A DNA stretch of 64,000 bases, taken from Octopus sinensis. Its lineage: Eukaryota. The notes below the pieces were generated by a model. It worked only from the letters and a program-made list of their open reading frames with translations. It was not told the DNA's origin and did not search any database. The position numbers and the translations under genes are program-made. This document shows, in pieces, positions 26,401-39,590 of the stretch. How positions within the stretch are numbered: the stretch's first letter is position 1; every line of letters begins with the position of its first letter. The stretch is taken from NCBI RefSeq assembly GCF_006345805.1, contig NC_043004.1:27280001-27344000 (forward strand). Reading direction: 5' to 3'.

Positions 26401-27609
26401 ACTCTAACTTACATGTGAGTTAATGTTGCATATCAAACAATACACAGTCCAGAGTGCAGCTGCATTAATATTAATTGAATCAACACAGATGTAGCTAACA
26501 TTGGCCAGAATGGGACTCAAAAGAAATGAAAATAATTTAAATTATTTAGTTGCCTCCATCCTACCATCTGTATCATCGTTTACCCATCTCCTCTCCCTGA
26601 CTATGTGTAAAACACTGGTGTTTCATTCACTCCCACAACCACCACCACCACCACCACCAGTATCCCCATTGTGCGATATTGGTTTCAAATTTTGGCACAA
26701 GGCCAGCAATTTTGGGGCTAGCGAAATTGATGAGATTGATTTGAGTGCCCAACTGGTACTGATTTTATTGACCCAGAAAGGATGAAAGGCAAAGTCTATC
26801 TTGGCAGTATTTGAACTCAGAATGAAAAGATGGACAAAATGTTACAAAGCATTTCGCTGCACTTGCTGTCAGTTCTGCCAGCTGGCTGCCTTTGGGTGTG
26901 CAGTTTTACTGTTCACTCACAACACCAATGGTTACAGAAATAGTCTGTGGTCACTGTCATTAAGTCAAGTGTTAAACTGGTATTTACTAGTCTTGTGGAT
27001 ATTAAAACATCTTTAAACCTTACTAGGCAACTAAATTGTTCTATCAGTTGACCAACTCTTGAACTAAAGAGATAACAGAAAAAGGATCTCTTCACCAATA
27101 TTCTTTCATTTGTCTTTGAAGATTTGAAGATTTTAAACATTGCTTTAAATAACTTTTTATCCTTATTTCAGCTCTTATATTCTATTTTCTTTATTGTTGC
27201 AGCAACAATCAGTAGTTCTTATTTAGTAAAAATAAGTGAAGTTAATCATATTTATATAATTTACTGTTTCATTAAAGTAAGATCAACAAAAAAAGTACTC
27301 CATCCAGCGAGAAATAAATATTTAATGTACACTTTATTAAAATACGAACTAATAATAGATTCTTGGCACTAGATTCTTCAAGACATATTAAGACATGTGG
27401 TTTGGCAGTTTTCATGATAGGCTTTGTGATTCCACAATGTGCTCAGAGCCTGAGGATTGCATGGAGACACAATATACATTGTAAAAACCTGCTACATAGC
27501 TCTTACTTTAATGCAGTGTACATTATATGATACACACACATATTGTAACCTAATACCTTAGTTCTCTGTTCAGCTACAAAAATTTATATATTACAATTAC
27601 TATAAACAT

Positions 27610-27953
27610 ACAATTGCAGCGTGGAAGGTGTTTATAAGCCATTTAAGAAACACACAAAAGCCGTTCGATTCAGTTCAACATTTAAGTTTAATTTGTCAAA
27701 ATATTTTCGTCGCTAAAATCCGCGACCTGTTCACTGACAAAAATCCGTGCAGCACGGATTTTTGTCAGCGAACAGGTTGCGGATTTTAGCGACGAAAATA
27801 TATTGACAAATTAAACTTAAATGTTGAAGTGAATCGAACGGCTTTTGTGTGTTTCTTAAATGGCTTATAAACACCTTCCACGCTGCAATTGTTTTCGTTT
27901 CAGCACACGATCTCAGATCAAATTACTTGCTATGCGAGTACATCTCCGTAACT
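27610..27953. mobile_element. Palindromic (141-bp arms) Penelope-terminus-like element with a short unpaired 3' extension
   Basis: 27610-27750 is the reverse complement of 27752-27892 with few mismatches; 1-nt centre at 27751. Confidence 0.8.
27692..27741 (-). ncRNA. Minimal type I hammerhead ribozyme with G3:C8 covariation
   Basis: Minus strand: UUUGUCA-GUGAACA-G-GUCGC(GGAUUUUA)GCGAC-GAA-AAUAUU-U-UGACAAA; 7-bp stem I, 5-bp stem II, palindromic stem III. Confidence 0.7.
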
Positions 27954-28116
27954 ATAAACATACTCATTTGAAAAATCCTGACACTTGGATGAAACTGGTT
28001 ATATAATGCAAGTTAAAAATGATTTAACTCATTTCCATAGAATGCCACACCTGCTTTTGTCTCTTTAATTATTCTTAAAAGACTACAATAATTTGCTTAA
28101 TGTTTTTGTGCATTTT

Positions 28117-28183
<67 letters not shown>

Positions 28184-28590
28184 ATCTCACACACACACAT
28201 ACATCACTCCTACCCTTGTCTACATCCATCTCTCAGAGGAAATAACACCATTGCTCTCTCTTACCCACAACTGCTTCCTGTAGTTGATTCATCATTCAGC
28301 CTTTCAGCTTTTTGATATTTCAGTGATTTTATTCTCATCTTCCTGTATCTCTTTCTATCTCTCTCTACTCCCTTTATTTCTATATCTCTTTTCCCCCACT
28401 TTCTCCCAATACGCTTAAATCTTATTCTTGCTGATTTGGGTCTCCAAACTGATCTTCCCTTGGTCATGTGCAAACACTGCTCAACTATAAAATTTAAATA
28501 TTGAAATAATGAGAATATTTTTTTTATAGAGTAATAGTTCTTTTCTTTCACGAAAGGCTTTGCTTGCAGGACTTCCATAGCAGTCATCCG

Positions 28591-28990
28591 TTTTATCCTT
28601 TTACTTGTTTCCGTCATTTGACTGCGGCCATGCTGGAGCACCACCTTTAGTCGAGCAAATCGACCCCAGGGCTTATTCTTTGTAAGCCTAGTACTTATTC
28701 TTTCGGCCTCTTTTGCCGAACTGCTAAGTTACAGGGATGCAAACACACCAGCATCAGTTGTCAAGCGATGTTGGGGGGACAAACACAGACACACAAACAC
28801 ATACACACACATATATATACATATATACGACGGGCTTCTTCCAGTTTCTGTCTACCAAATCCACTCACAAGGCTTTGGTCGGCCCAAGGCTATAGTAGAA
28901 GACACTTGCCCAAGGTGCCACGCAGTGGGACTGAACCCGGAACCATGTGGTTGGTAAGCAGCCTACTTACCACACAGCCACTCCTACGCT
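28591..28990 (-). mobile_element. tRNA-derived SINE, family A
   Basis: High similarity to 10661-11110 and 34423-34830. Confidence 0.9.
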
Positions 28991-29814
28991 CATGTATATA
29001 TTTAAAAATACTTTTTCTCTGTATTCAACTTCAATCCATAAAATACCCATCTGAAGCTTCGAGTCATTGCTATCATTTATTAGTATGGTCATCATCAAAT
29101 TTTGTGTGTGAGTGTAACAAAGCAACCAATCAATAAATGTATGTGTTTATTTACATATATGGTAAGTACATTTAGACTCAACAACAACAATATGTCATAA
29201 AATGTACCAAAATAGAAGAAACCATATTTCTTTGGGAGCCAAAGAAATAATTTAGTTTCACTTAAACCTATGAAACACAGTAATTTTTTTAGTAGTTTTT
29301 CGTTTATTTTCATCTGACAGCCTGCCTATATAATATGATATAATATAATATCAATATAAACAGTTTCATAATAATTTCTTTTTTAATTTATTTTTTAGCT
29401 TTATACGCTTGTTTGCTTGTTTTCATCTTGTTTTTCTCCTCCCTCTGCCTTTCCGACATAGATAGATAAGAAAAGAGAATATTTTTTTCTCCCATTCAAA
29501 ATATATTTTATAGAAATTATTCTGAAGTCAACATACCACGATATATCATTTGAAAATAGCTGGTGGCGGGTATATAGTTCCTGACAAAAACAACACAGAA
29601 TAAAAGCGAAAAGTATAAACACATGTAAAAAAAAAAACATAAAAAAGGTTACAACAAAATAGAATTTATTTTTGTATTTAATTCCAATTATCAGCAACAT
29701 CAACATTGAAGTCCATAAAACACAATAAATTGTCCTCTCTAACATTTAGCGCTCTTTAAAACTATTGATTCCTTTTTGACTCGGCACCAGGACATTCTTC
29801 GTTAGGGAATGAAG

Positions 29815-29819
<5 letters not shown>

Positions 29820-29861
<42 letters not shown>

Positions 29862-29880
29862 CAGTAGCAGTAGCAGTAGT

Positions 29881-29946
<66 letters not shown>

Positions 29947-30000
29947 CGCAGTAGCAGCAGCAGCAGCAGTAGTTGTAGTAGTAGTAGTAGTAGTAGGTGA
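29820..30000. repeat. Compound (AGT)n/(AGC)n microsatellite
   Basis: Directly visible; source of the poly-S, poly-T and poly-Y ORFs. Confidence 0.95.
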
Positions 30001-30919
30001 TTGACAATTGGACATAGTTATTGGTATTTATAGCATCAATCCTGGATAAATAAAAAGCAAAGTTGACCTGTTCCACTACAGGATTTGGTCTTTGGATGCA
30101 GAGGAAAGACAAAACTGCTCCATTTTTGCCAACCTATTAAGCTCATATCTATAACGGTTATAATGAAGATCAATGAGACAACCTTTATATCTTTCTCTTA
30201 CTGTTTTCAAATAGAAGGACATATTTGCAGATACGATAGGCTACAATAAAAGAAAGAGTGGTTGTGCCTGGAAAGAATTTCATCAGTCTGAATTAATGTG
30301 GTTGGTTGCTTTTATTAATATTTTTATTATTTAAGGTTGGTAAGGCAGCAAGCTGGCAGAATCATTAGCATGCTGGGTGAAACGCTTTGCAGCATTTCTT
30401 CTGGATCAACATTCTGAGTTCAAATGCCACCATTTCATCCTCCTGAGGCCAATAAAATAAGTACCAGTTGTGCACTGGGGTTGATGTGATTGACAAGCCC
30501 CCTCCCCTGAATTTCAGGCCTCATGCCTATAATAGAAAGGATTGACAATATCATTAGAACTTCAGCAAGAATTATTTGCATATTTGTTCTGGCATTTTGC
30601 ATTTAGAGTTCAAATCCTACCAAGGTCAGTACTGAGTCAAAAGTATCAGTTAGTCACCTCTTCAACAATTTCTAGCTTCCTGCTTATCTGAGAAACAATT
30701 TTTCTTCTTGTTATTATTCAGATGGTGAAATGGCAGAATTGCTTGCACATTGGACAAAATGCCTTGTAGTATTTCTTCCAGCTCACTATTATCTTTTGAG
30801 TTCAAATCTTGTGGAAATCAATTTACCTTTCACTCCTCCAGGGACAACCCCTCCCTGCAAAACTGCAGGGCTTGAACCTATATTAGAAAGAAATATATAT
30901 ATTTATTTATTAATTCATA

Positions 30920-31070
30920 TTTTTATTAATATTTAGCAGAAGCAACAGAGTTGCTCAGATGTCGAGGGTTTCATGCATTAGCAGGTAATCATCAAACTTT
31001 GATAAGAGCTAATACATGAGGCTTTTGGCCTTTGAGTCACTCAGTTAATTCTGCTAAATATTGATAAAAA
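30920..31070. repeat. Degenerate foldback/MITE-like inverted repeat
   Basis: TTTTATTAATATTTAGCAGAA vs TTCTGCTAAATATTGATAAAA; GAGTTGCTCA vs TGAGTCACTC; CATGCATTAGC vs GCTAATACATG. Confidence 0.6.
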
Positions 31071-31149
31071 AATACATATACTCATATTTTCAGTTCTATT
31101 TTTCATGTTTGCTGCACCAAACCTGTTCATTCATTTATATATATATATA

Positions 31150-31320
31150 GTTAGCCACTACACACATTTTTTTCTCTCCTTGTTTTTTCTGTGTCCCTTT
31201 CTGTAGAAGAGCGTAGGCTCAAAATGTAAAAGACTTTTTCTATTCCTGAGCGTTATAATAATACATCTGTTTGTTTTGTACACCACCTGTCTTTGTCTTT
31301 TGTTTTTCATAAACTATCCT
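31150..31320 (+). mobile_element. Short repeat with a degenerate hammerhead-like motif (31197-31232)
   Basis: CUUU-CUGUAGA-A-GAGC(GUAG)GCUC-AAA-AUGU-A-AAAG: stems I and II pair; core positions 6 and 12 and stem III are non-canonical. Confidence 0.4.
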
Positions 31321-31715
31321 ATATATATATATATTTATATATATGTAAAAGGAGAGTCAACAGATCATAGCGAGAGTCTCTCATTATGGAAAACACATAG
31401 TAGACCTCAAATTGATTTGAACTTACACTCCAATATATTTACCAAGAACCAAGTCAGCAGGATAAAGAGTGGCTATAAAGGGAATTGAAGTGAACAGATA
31501 TGGGGACAAGATTCAGATAAACAGCTTTGGGATGAAGTTAAAATAATAGACAGAGAACACCACTGGAAAATAGGAAAATTAAAAGAAACAGTACATATGC
31601 TAGGATACAACAACCTCCTAAGCAGACCAAGTACAGATATGAGTAGCATATGGGAACTGGTATTAAGGACGGATAGGAAAATATTAGTTTTATAAGCCCT
31701 AAAATTTACTCTATA

Positions 31716-31776
31716 ATATAGCATAGTGGTTAAGAGCGCAGCCTACTAACCCCAAGATTCCGAGTTTGATTCCAGG

Positions 31777-31838
<62 letters not shown>

Positions 31839-32095
31839 GGTAATCATCATCATCATCATCGTTTAGCGTCCGCTTTCCATGCTAGCATGGAAATAATAAA
31901 AATAATAATAATAAAAAGAAGAAGAAGAACAACAACAACGACAACATCGAAAAATACCTTAGGAATGAGAACCCAGGTTTGAAAATTCCCCAAGACACCT
32001 GATGAAAGCTGGAGGGTATATCAGCCGAAACGTGTTAACAACAAACAAGATGAGGACAAATATCCATCAAATGTAACTAATGTATATATATATAA
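31716..32095 (+). mobile_element. Composite SINE-like element: tRNA-like head + (TAA)n + hammerhead-bearing tail
   Basis: A-box-like TAGCATAGTGG (~31719), B-box-like GTTTGATTCC (~31764), (TAA)n, a small inserted family-B fragment, then a tail near-identical to 54082-54240 containing GACAC-CTGATGA...CAGCC-GAAACGT. Confidence 0.7.
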
Positions 32096-32510
32096 TGAAA
32101 AATGTATGGTAAATAAACAAACGACATAATGTATACTGAATGTAAAAACAAACAGGAGACAAACAGAAGGTCTGTAATTTTTCATCAGTTTAATGATAAG
32201 ACTGAGTGCTTCCCAACTGGTGGTGCCTGCAAAAAAAAAAATTTCTTGCTGAGAATTAGGGATGAGAGCAAAAAACAAAACAAAACAAAACAAGCAAAAT
32301 AACAGTGAGTTTGATTTAGGGCAGTGTACAAGGATGAACAATTGAACAAAACAAGGAGATGAAGATAGTGGATAAGGCTTAAAATGTCTTGAAGAATGGG
32401 GAACAGGGAGACAGAGAATTTGTGATTGGTCAGCTATGGGACCTGTGTAAAAGAGGAAGGAAAAGATGAACTGGCCTCAGGCCATGTGAGAGTAGCAGCC
32501 AAGAGAGAGA

Positions 32511-32541
<31 letters not shown>

Positions 32542-33071
32542 CGACAAAGAAAAAAGGGAAAGGGATGACGAGAAAGGAGAAAGGTTAGGAATACAAGAGG
32601 GAGAGAGAGAAAAGGAATAAGTAGAAAGGCTAGAATAAAAGTGAAAGAATGAGAGAAAGAAAAGGGAAAAGAATGAAGGCAAGAGAGTCACACAAGTATA
32701 TAGAAAAACTTACTTGGTAATACAAATTTTATATGTGTTGTGCTCCATTACTTCATAAATGAAAAATTGATACCAAACTGATCGTTTGGTATCAATAGCC
32801 ATAATTAATCCTCACCATTTATCCTTCACATGCTTTGAATCAGGATCTTCTACCTACTTTTCCTTGTGCTGGTGATTCCCAACACAACTAATATGCTCTT
32901 AGTAGTTGTTATAAGAAAGGGTATCCAGTAACTGAAACCAAGTCAAAAAGGAAACTCACAAGTGGGATGTTGTTGTTCTATCTATCTAGGAGTCCAACAA
33001 TGGCCTATTCAACTCATACCTGTATGGATAGTGGCAATAAAATTACCATGTTGATGATAATGGTATAGCCA

Positions 33072-33452
33072 CTGCTGCTGTTGCTGTTGTTGTTGAGCAA
33101 ACCGTCTTCGTCCCAGAGCTCGCAAGATGGGAGAAGTCTGAAACGTGGTCCTTTGCTATTCATAAGACCTGCAGAAGAGAAAGCAGGTCGACCCTCGACA
33201 CCGAGAGCATCAATGGATGGATGAATGTGCATCCAGGCTCAGTAGTTGCGTAGGAAGTTGGGGACAAGAATCAGGAAGAAAGAGTGAGAGAAAGTTGGAG
33301 TGAAAGAGTACAACAGGGGTTTCCATCCCACCCCACCCCACCCCTGCTGGAGCCTCGTGGAGCTTTAGGTGTTTTCGCTCAATAAACACACACAATGCCC
33401 AGTCTGGGAATCGAAACTGCGATCCTCCGACCGTGAGTCTGTTGCCTCCACT
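33072..33452 (-). mobile_element. tRNA-derived SINE, family C
   Basis: Reverse complement of the element at 54589-54909; (CAA)n-type tail. Confidence 0.85.
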
Positions 33453-33593
33453 GATGTTGCTGCTGCTCATGATGATGATGGTGATAGTGTTGAACTTATC
33501 TATATGTATATATAAGCATATGTATGTGTCTGAATGGCTCTCTCTCTCTCTCTCTCTCTATCTCTCAATCTCTCTCATTCTCTCTCTGTATAT

Positions 33594-33915
33594 GTGTAGC
33601 TGTGTGGTAAGAAGCTTGCTTACCAACCACATGGTTCCAGGTTCAGCCCCACTGCATGGCACCTTGGGCAAATGTCTTCTACTATAGTCTGAAGTTGACC
33701 AATGCCTTGTGAGTGGATTTAATAGAGGAAAACTGAAAGAAGCCTGTCGTGTATGTGTGTGTGGGGTGCCTGTGTTTGTCCCCTCCACTATTGGTTGACA
33801 ACAGTTGTTGGTATGTTTATGTCCTCATAACATTAGCAGTTTGGAAAAGAGGCTGATAGAATAAGTCCTAGGTTTACAAAGAATAAGTCCTGGGGTCAAT
33901 TTCTTTGACTAAAAA
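33594..33915 (+). mobile_element. tRNA-derived SINE, family A (diverged)
   Basis: Aligns with 34423-34830. Confidence 0.85.
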
Positions 33916-34422
33916 AACCCCTTTAATGCATAGTCAAAATGATGGAACCATTAGTATTAATTCTGCTGTGGTGGACAGGTCTTCTGGAATACAGCAATAT
34001 ACCAGATATCTTAGTCCTCTGTCATCTCCTTTGTAAGGCTCAGTATCTTGAGATCAGCCTTCAGTACTTTGTTCCATGTCTTTCTGGGTCAACCTCATCC
34101 ATGAGTTCCATCCACCGTAAGTGATCAGTGTTTCTGTATACAGCTGTCTACATCTATATACATATCACAAGACCAAACCAGCAGAGTCTTCCCTCTTGTA
34201 CACTGCATCTAATTCCTCTTATGCCCAACTTTTCTCTTAATACTGTTCTGTCACACATGTACATTGACATTGCACATCCAATGGAGCATACTAGATTCAT
34301 TCCTTTCCAGTCTACACATGTCCTTTGCATTCTGGGCCTACATCTCACTACCATGTGGAATTGTATTGGTAAATAAAAGATATTCTAAATACTCAGGCCA
34401 CTACTTTCAAAAATAATGATGA

Positions 34423-34830
34423 TAGGCGCAGGAGTGGCTGTGTGGTAAGTAGCTTGCTTACCAACCACATGGTTCCGGGTTCATTTCCACTGCGTGGCAT
34501 CTTGGGCAAGTGTCTTCTATATCCTCGGGCCGACCAAAGCCTTGTGAGTGGATTTGGTAGACGGAAACTGAAAGAAGCCCGTCGTATATATGTATATATA
34601 TATATGTGTGTGTGTGTGTGTTTGTGTGTCTGTGTTTGTCCCCCTAGCATTGCTTGACAACCGATGCTGGTGTGTTTACGTCCCAGTCACTCAGCAGCTT
34701 GGCAAAAGAGACCGATAGAATAAGTACTGGGCTTACAAAGAATAAGTCCCGGGGTCGATTTGCTCGACTAAAGGCGGTGCTCCAGCATGGCTGCAGTCAA
34801 ATTACTGAAACAAGTAATAGAGTAAAAGAG
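34423..34830 (+). mobile_element. tRNA-derived SINE, family A (well preserved)
   Basis: Full head, body, central microsatellite and tail; other copies at ~1499-1690(+), 45060-45560(-), 59140-59300(+), 60952-61378(-), 63715-64000(-). Confidence 0.9.
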
Positions 34831-35229
34831 ATAGCAACAATAGCTTCATTCTTGTAAGCTTGAAGCTTGCAAGATCACGAGGCCGAAATTTAATCAGATT
34901 TCCAAGGTGTACAAGACTATCTTTAAACCGGACACCAGTCCATCACAAGGTAAACCCTCAGGTGTTGTCGGTACTCATTTTCAGCTGGAATAACATGAAA
35001 AGAAGTACCTTGTGCAAAAAAGACATAATACACTACCCAGTGCCAGGATCAAACCTATGATTTAATAATTATAGGCTCACCTCTCTAACCATTAAACCAC
35101 ACACGTTCACTACATTCTAGGCATGGAAGATAAAATTGATTACATCCAGATGATTGACATATAAATACATAGTTTGACTGATATTCTCAATAGTCAGGTT
35201 CTTTGAGCACTCCTCCAGTAAACCTTATA

Positions 35230-35628
35230 TCTATATATATAAAAGTGAAGCTGTGTGAGTGTCTGTCTCCTACGATTTAGATTCCTAACTACTCCCACAT
35301 TTTGCGGTGCAGTTTAACCAAAACCGGATATCTTATAGTCGTGATTCATATCGAGCCCTTCTGGGTATTAGCGCACGTCTATGATGAGTCTACGATTTTA
35401 AAAATAATTTAACATCATTTTTTTCCATTTTAATGCATTTTTTTGCTATTATATAAGGGAAGTAACTCTCTAAAAATGTCTACGATGAGTCAACGATTTA
35501 AAAAAATTTACTATAATTTTTTTTCCATTTTTAATGCATTTTTTTGCTATTTTTTGGCTATAACTCTCTAAAAATGCTTTATAGTTATTTCCCTTACAAA
35601 CCCGAGCAACGCCGGGCGATACTGCTAG
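35230..35628 (+). mobile_element. Non-autonomous Helitron (~400 bp)
   Basis: Starts TC after A (35229), ends CTAG before T (35629), GC-rich hairpin CCCGAGCAACGCCGGG at 35601-35616, internal ~95-bp duplication. Confidence 0.85.
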
Positions 35629-35950
35629 TTTGTAATAAATACTGCTAAAGAGAGCACAAGATGGTATCACAGCTACAATTTAGACGAATTTACATCTATT
35701 GAAAGATTTGACAGCTATACCAGTGTAAAGGCCAAGTTTTTGTATGTCAAGCTGTTCAGTTGAATCAAATATTCTACAGATCACTTCTTTCAAATATTTT
35801 CATATTTGAAGAAAAATTTAGAAATATATAAATTATCATTTTTTTGTGCTTAGATATAAAATGCAATGAATATATGAATAAATTACATGCACACACGCAC
35901 GCACACACACACACACACACACATGATGATGATGATATATATATATATAT

Positions 35951-35995
<45 letters not shown>

Positions 35996-38119
35996 CCTGT
36001 CTGTTTGTATGTATTATATGTATGCATATATATGAGTATCTATGTGTGTATATTAATCTTAATGATTCACAAACACATTATTATTATATATATGTGTATT
36101 TATATATTTGTATATACATAGATATATGTATGTATATGAACATATTTTAGTCTTATTTTGAAAGAATATCTTATCTAAAATACATCAAAATGTTACAAGA
36201 ATATAAGATCAGAATTCACTTACATATGCACACATGTGCATGCACACACATATACACATATGTGCTACACATACATGCACATATACACACAGCCGTTATA
36301 TGATGATTCCATTCCTTATTATAAATCTATCATTTATTATTGTGCAGTTGAAATCTGCAACCCTCTCATTTACACCTTCTGTAATTTACCATCAATACAC
36401 ACAGATATATATCTGTGTGTATGCATGTATGTATGTATGTATGTATGTATGTATGTATGTATGTATGTATGTATGTATGTATGTATGTATGTGAGGGTGG
36501 GGTTGCAAAATGCACATTCTCTCCTTTAATAAAGAACACATCTCCCTACAAGTATTTCTGGCTTTCATCTATTTTCCCTTTCATATTCATCTCTGGTTTT
36601 TCATTGTTTTTCACACACAACTTAGTCATGCCTTCCATTTTTATTTTTCTGATTTCTTCACAAGGATTTTACAGATCACTTCCATTTCAAGTTGCTATAA
36701 TTTCCTTTATTGTTTTTCTCCCCCAGCCCCGTTTTTTTTTTTTTTTTTTTTTTTTGCAATTCAAATTTTAAATAACATGTCATTGCGATTATGCTAAAAT
36801 GGATTTCATTCAAAGCTATTAAATAGAACAATTTCAGTCTTCCATATCAATATCAAGAATTGGCTGCAATCTATTGCAATTGCATCTGACAGGGATAAAA
36901 TAAAAGAAACTTAAAAACTAAGTTAGATATGATGAGGCTTACACTACAAACTCATTATACTGCCACTCCACAAAGAAATAATGCTTAACTTTAATGGTTT
37001 AGGCTATTTTCTTAGGAAATTCATCTTCAGACTTCATTTTCAATAAAATACATAATATCATACATTAGAAATTAGAATATCAAAAAAAAAAAAAAAAAGA
37101 ATTAAAACATTAAAATAAATAAATCAAGATTACATTAGCATTTAAATAGTAGAATGATTAATTCTACCAAAAATTAAAAATTTCATAAAGCTGCAAGGTT
37201 TTTCTTGTAGATATTGGGAAAATGTGGCTTTAATGAAAGCAATTGTTTGATTTTTTTAGATTTTTTTGTTGTTTTCACTACCAGCACTGGAAGACAGCCA
37301 GATAAAGGAAGAATATAGAATCTGTTAAAGAGAAAAACAAAACAAAACAAAAAAAAAGAATAGTTTTCTAAATTTATGTATTAAAAAATATTCTTGCTAA
37401 ATTACTCAAAAAAAAAAATAATAATAACATAAAGACATATAAAGGAAAGTGCTGGCAATGAAATTGTTACAGTTTTATTTTGTTAACATATTGAAATAAG
37501 AAAGCAAACATGAAACCATAAAAAAGGGGGGGATGTAAACATCAAAAGGTATCATCATAATTATTCAGTTTAAGTATTTTAATATAATTTTTGAAAGTAA
37601 TTTTTTTGTTTTTATTTTACTTTTTTGTTGAATAATAGAATTTTGAATTATTTACTTAAATTTTGTTCAAATAAAAATAAAGAAAAAAAGACAATAAAAA
37701 GTTACAATAGATGAAACAATAAAAATAACAAAATTAGCTACAGCTGCTGAGGTGAACATTAATTAGCAACATAATTAGGTGAAATAATTCAACGAGTTAA
37801 AGAAAACATGACATTTTTAATAAAATGTGTCCATCTGAACAGTGCTGTTGTTGTTGTTGCTGTTGCAGAGAGATTGTAGTTTAGTTGTTGTCCTAGTTGT
37901 TATTGCTGCTGATATTTTATGGCATCAGGCCAAAGCTAGCTGGACATAACCTATGACTGAAGACATTCTAACTATGACATTCTGCATTTCCAGACTATAT
38001 TATTCAATATTTCCTTTGTCTTCCTTTCAAAGACAATAGGGTGTTACATGTGAAAAGTTTGGTTGCTATTTCTAGCTGGTCAATCAGTTGACCACATAGC
38101 ACTCGAAATCATAAAATCT

Positions 38120-38320
<201 letters not shown>

Positions 38321-38689
38321 CATAACAATAGCTGCTGTATAGTTTAAAGAGTGAGATTGGCCCTGTGCAAAAATCTTTCCTCACTTAAAAAGTTTCAGGT
38401 CCAAGTGTTACTTGATTTTTTTTTTTTAACATCTCTGCTCTGTATTGCATGCTATGGCTGGATATATATAGCTGAAAATGGCAGAACCCCAAGTGAAAGA
38501 TTCCATGAAGGAATGAAGTGGGGGTGGTGGTGTCAGTGTAGGAAATAACTCTCTGAACACCAGTTGTGACAGACGCTCGTCATTGCCACAACTGTGCAAG
38601 ACAGTGTAGGTCTCTAGCAGAATGGAAAAGCTGTATCCATACTGCTTTCAGAGAACAATCAAGCAATGGTATTGATGAAAGCCGACTAC

Positions 38690-38950
38690 AGCCATCATGC
38701 ATACATACATACATACATGCATACATGGTGGCTGCCCCCTTGTTGTCGAGTATGGCCAATGCACGAAGCGTAATCAATGTTCTTATCATGCAGGCTAAGA
38801 TGGGGTTTAATGACCAGCAAGCTGGCCACACATACATACATACATACATACATACATACATACATACATACATACATACATACATACATACATACATGAT
38901 GGCTGCCCCCTCGTTATCGAGTATGGCCATTGCACGAAGCTTAACTGTTA
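38690..38950 (-). mobile_element. Two stacked retroposon 3' ends with (TGTA)n tails
   Basis: ~50-bp module ATG.TGGCTGCCCCCT.GTT.TCGAGTATGGCCA.TGCACGAAGC at ~38724 and ~38896, each abutting a (TACA)n tract. Confidence 0.5.
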
Positions 38951-39557
38951 TTGGTGCTGTGATAGAATGTGACTTTCATTTGCTTTTTAAGGCTACAGCC
39001 AGCCATTCAGTTGAGACTCACAGCACCATCAACAATCCTGAACAATGCTGTTATCGTGCAATGCCTGTGCAAGAAGATTTTCTTTTAAAGTGAGGAAAGG
39101 CTGTGCACTGAGTCAATCCCACTCACTAAGCAGCAGCAGTCATAATCCGAAAAGAAGAACAAGTTAACATCATCGGTAACCACTGAGCCACAGGTTTTAT
39201 GTCTGAGTTATCCCAGTTACCTGAGTTACCTTCTCCTAGAAGGATGCCCTAACAAAGGCTAGGAATCCTTCACTCCCAATGGTTTAACCGCGCGATTGTG
39301 TATTCAGTCCGATTATTTCTATGTCCCCGCGCATGATACATCCTTAAGACATTTATTGGATGGCCGTTGACTCTCAAGAGTTTCTCCGCCCTTTGACGGG
39401 TTTTGTTTTTCATCCCGCAGGGTGTCCAATAAACACCCTCCTCACCAAGCAAGCTTGGTGGGGTTGCCGGTTTAGTCGACGACGACCCGACCATGCAACA
39501 GGTTTTACTGGATTACATGTTACCAGTAGCACTCGAAAGTGACCTGACATACATACA

Positions 39558-39590
<33 letters not shown>

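Noticed and set aside
24763-26423. 540-551-aa ORFs; possible CRISPR array
   Set aside because: The ORFs arise from a stop-free 47-bp tandem unit cycling through all frames. Units are contiguous with no unique spacers and no cas genes, in a eukaryotic context.
38566-39093. 175-aa ORF
   Set aside because: Built from (TACA)n tracts and duplicated retroposon tails.
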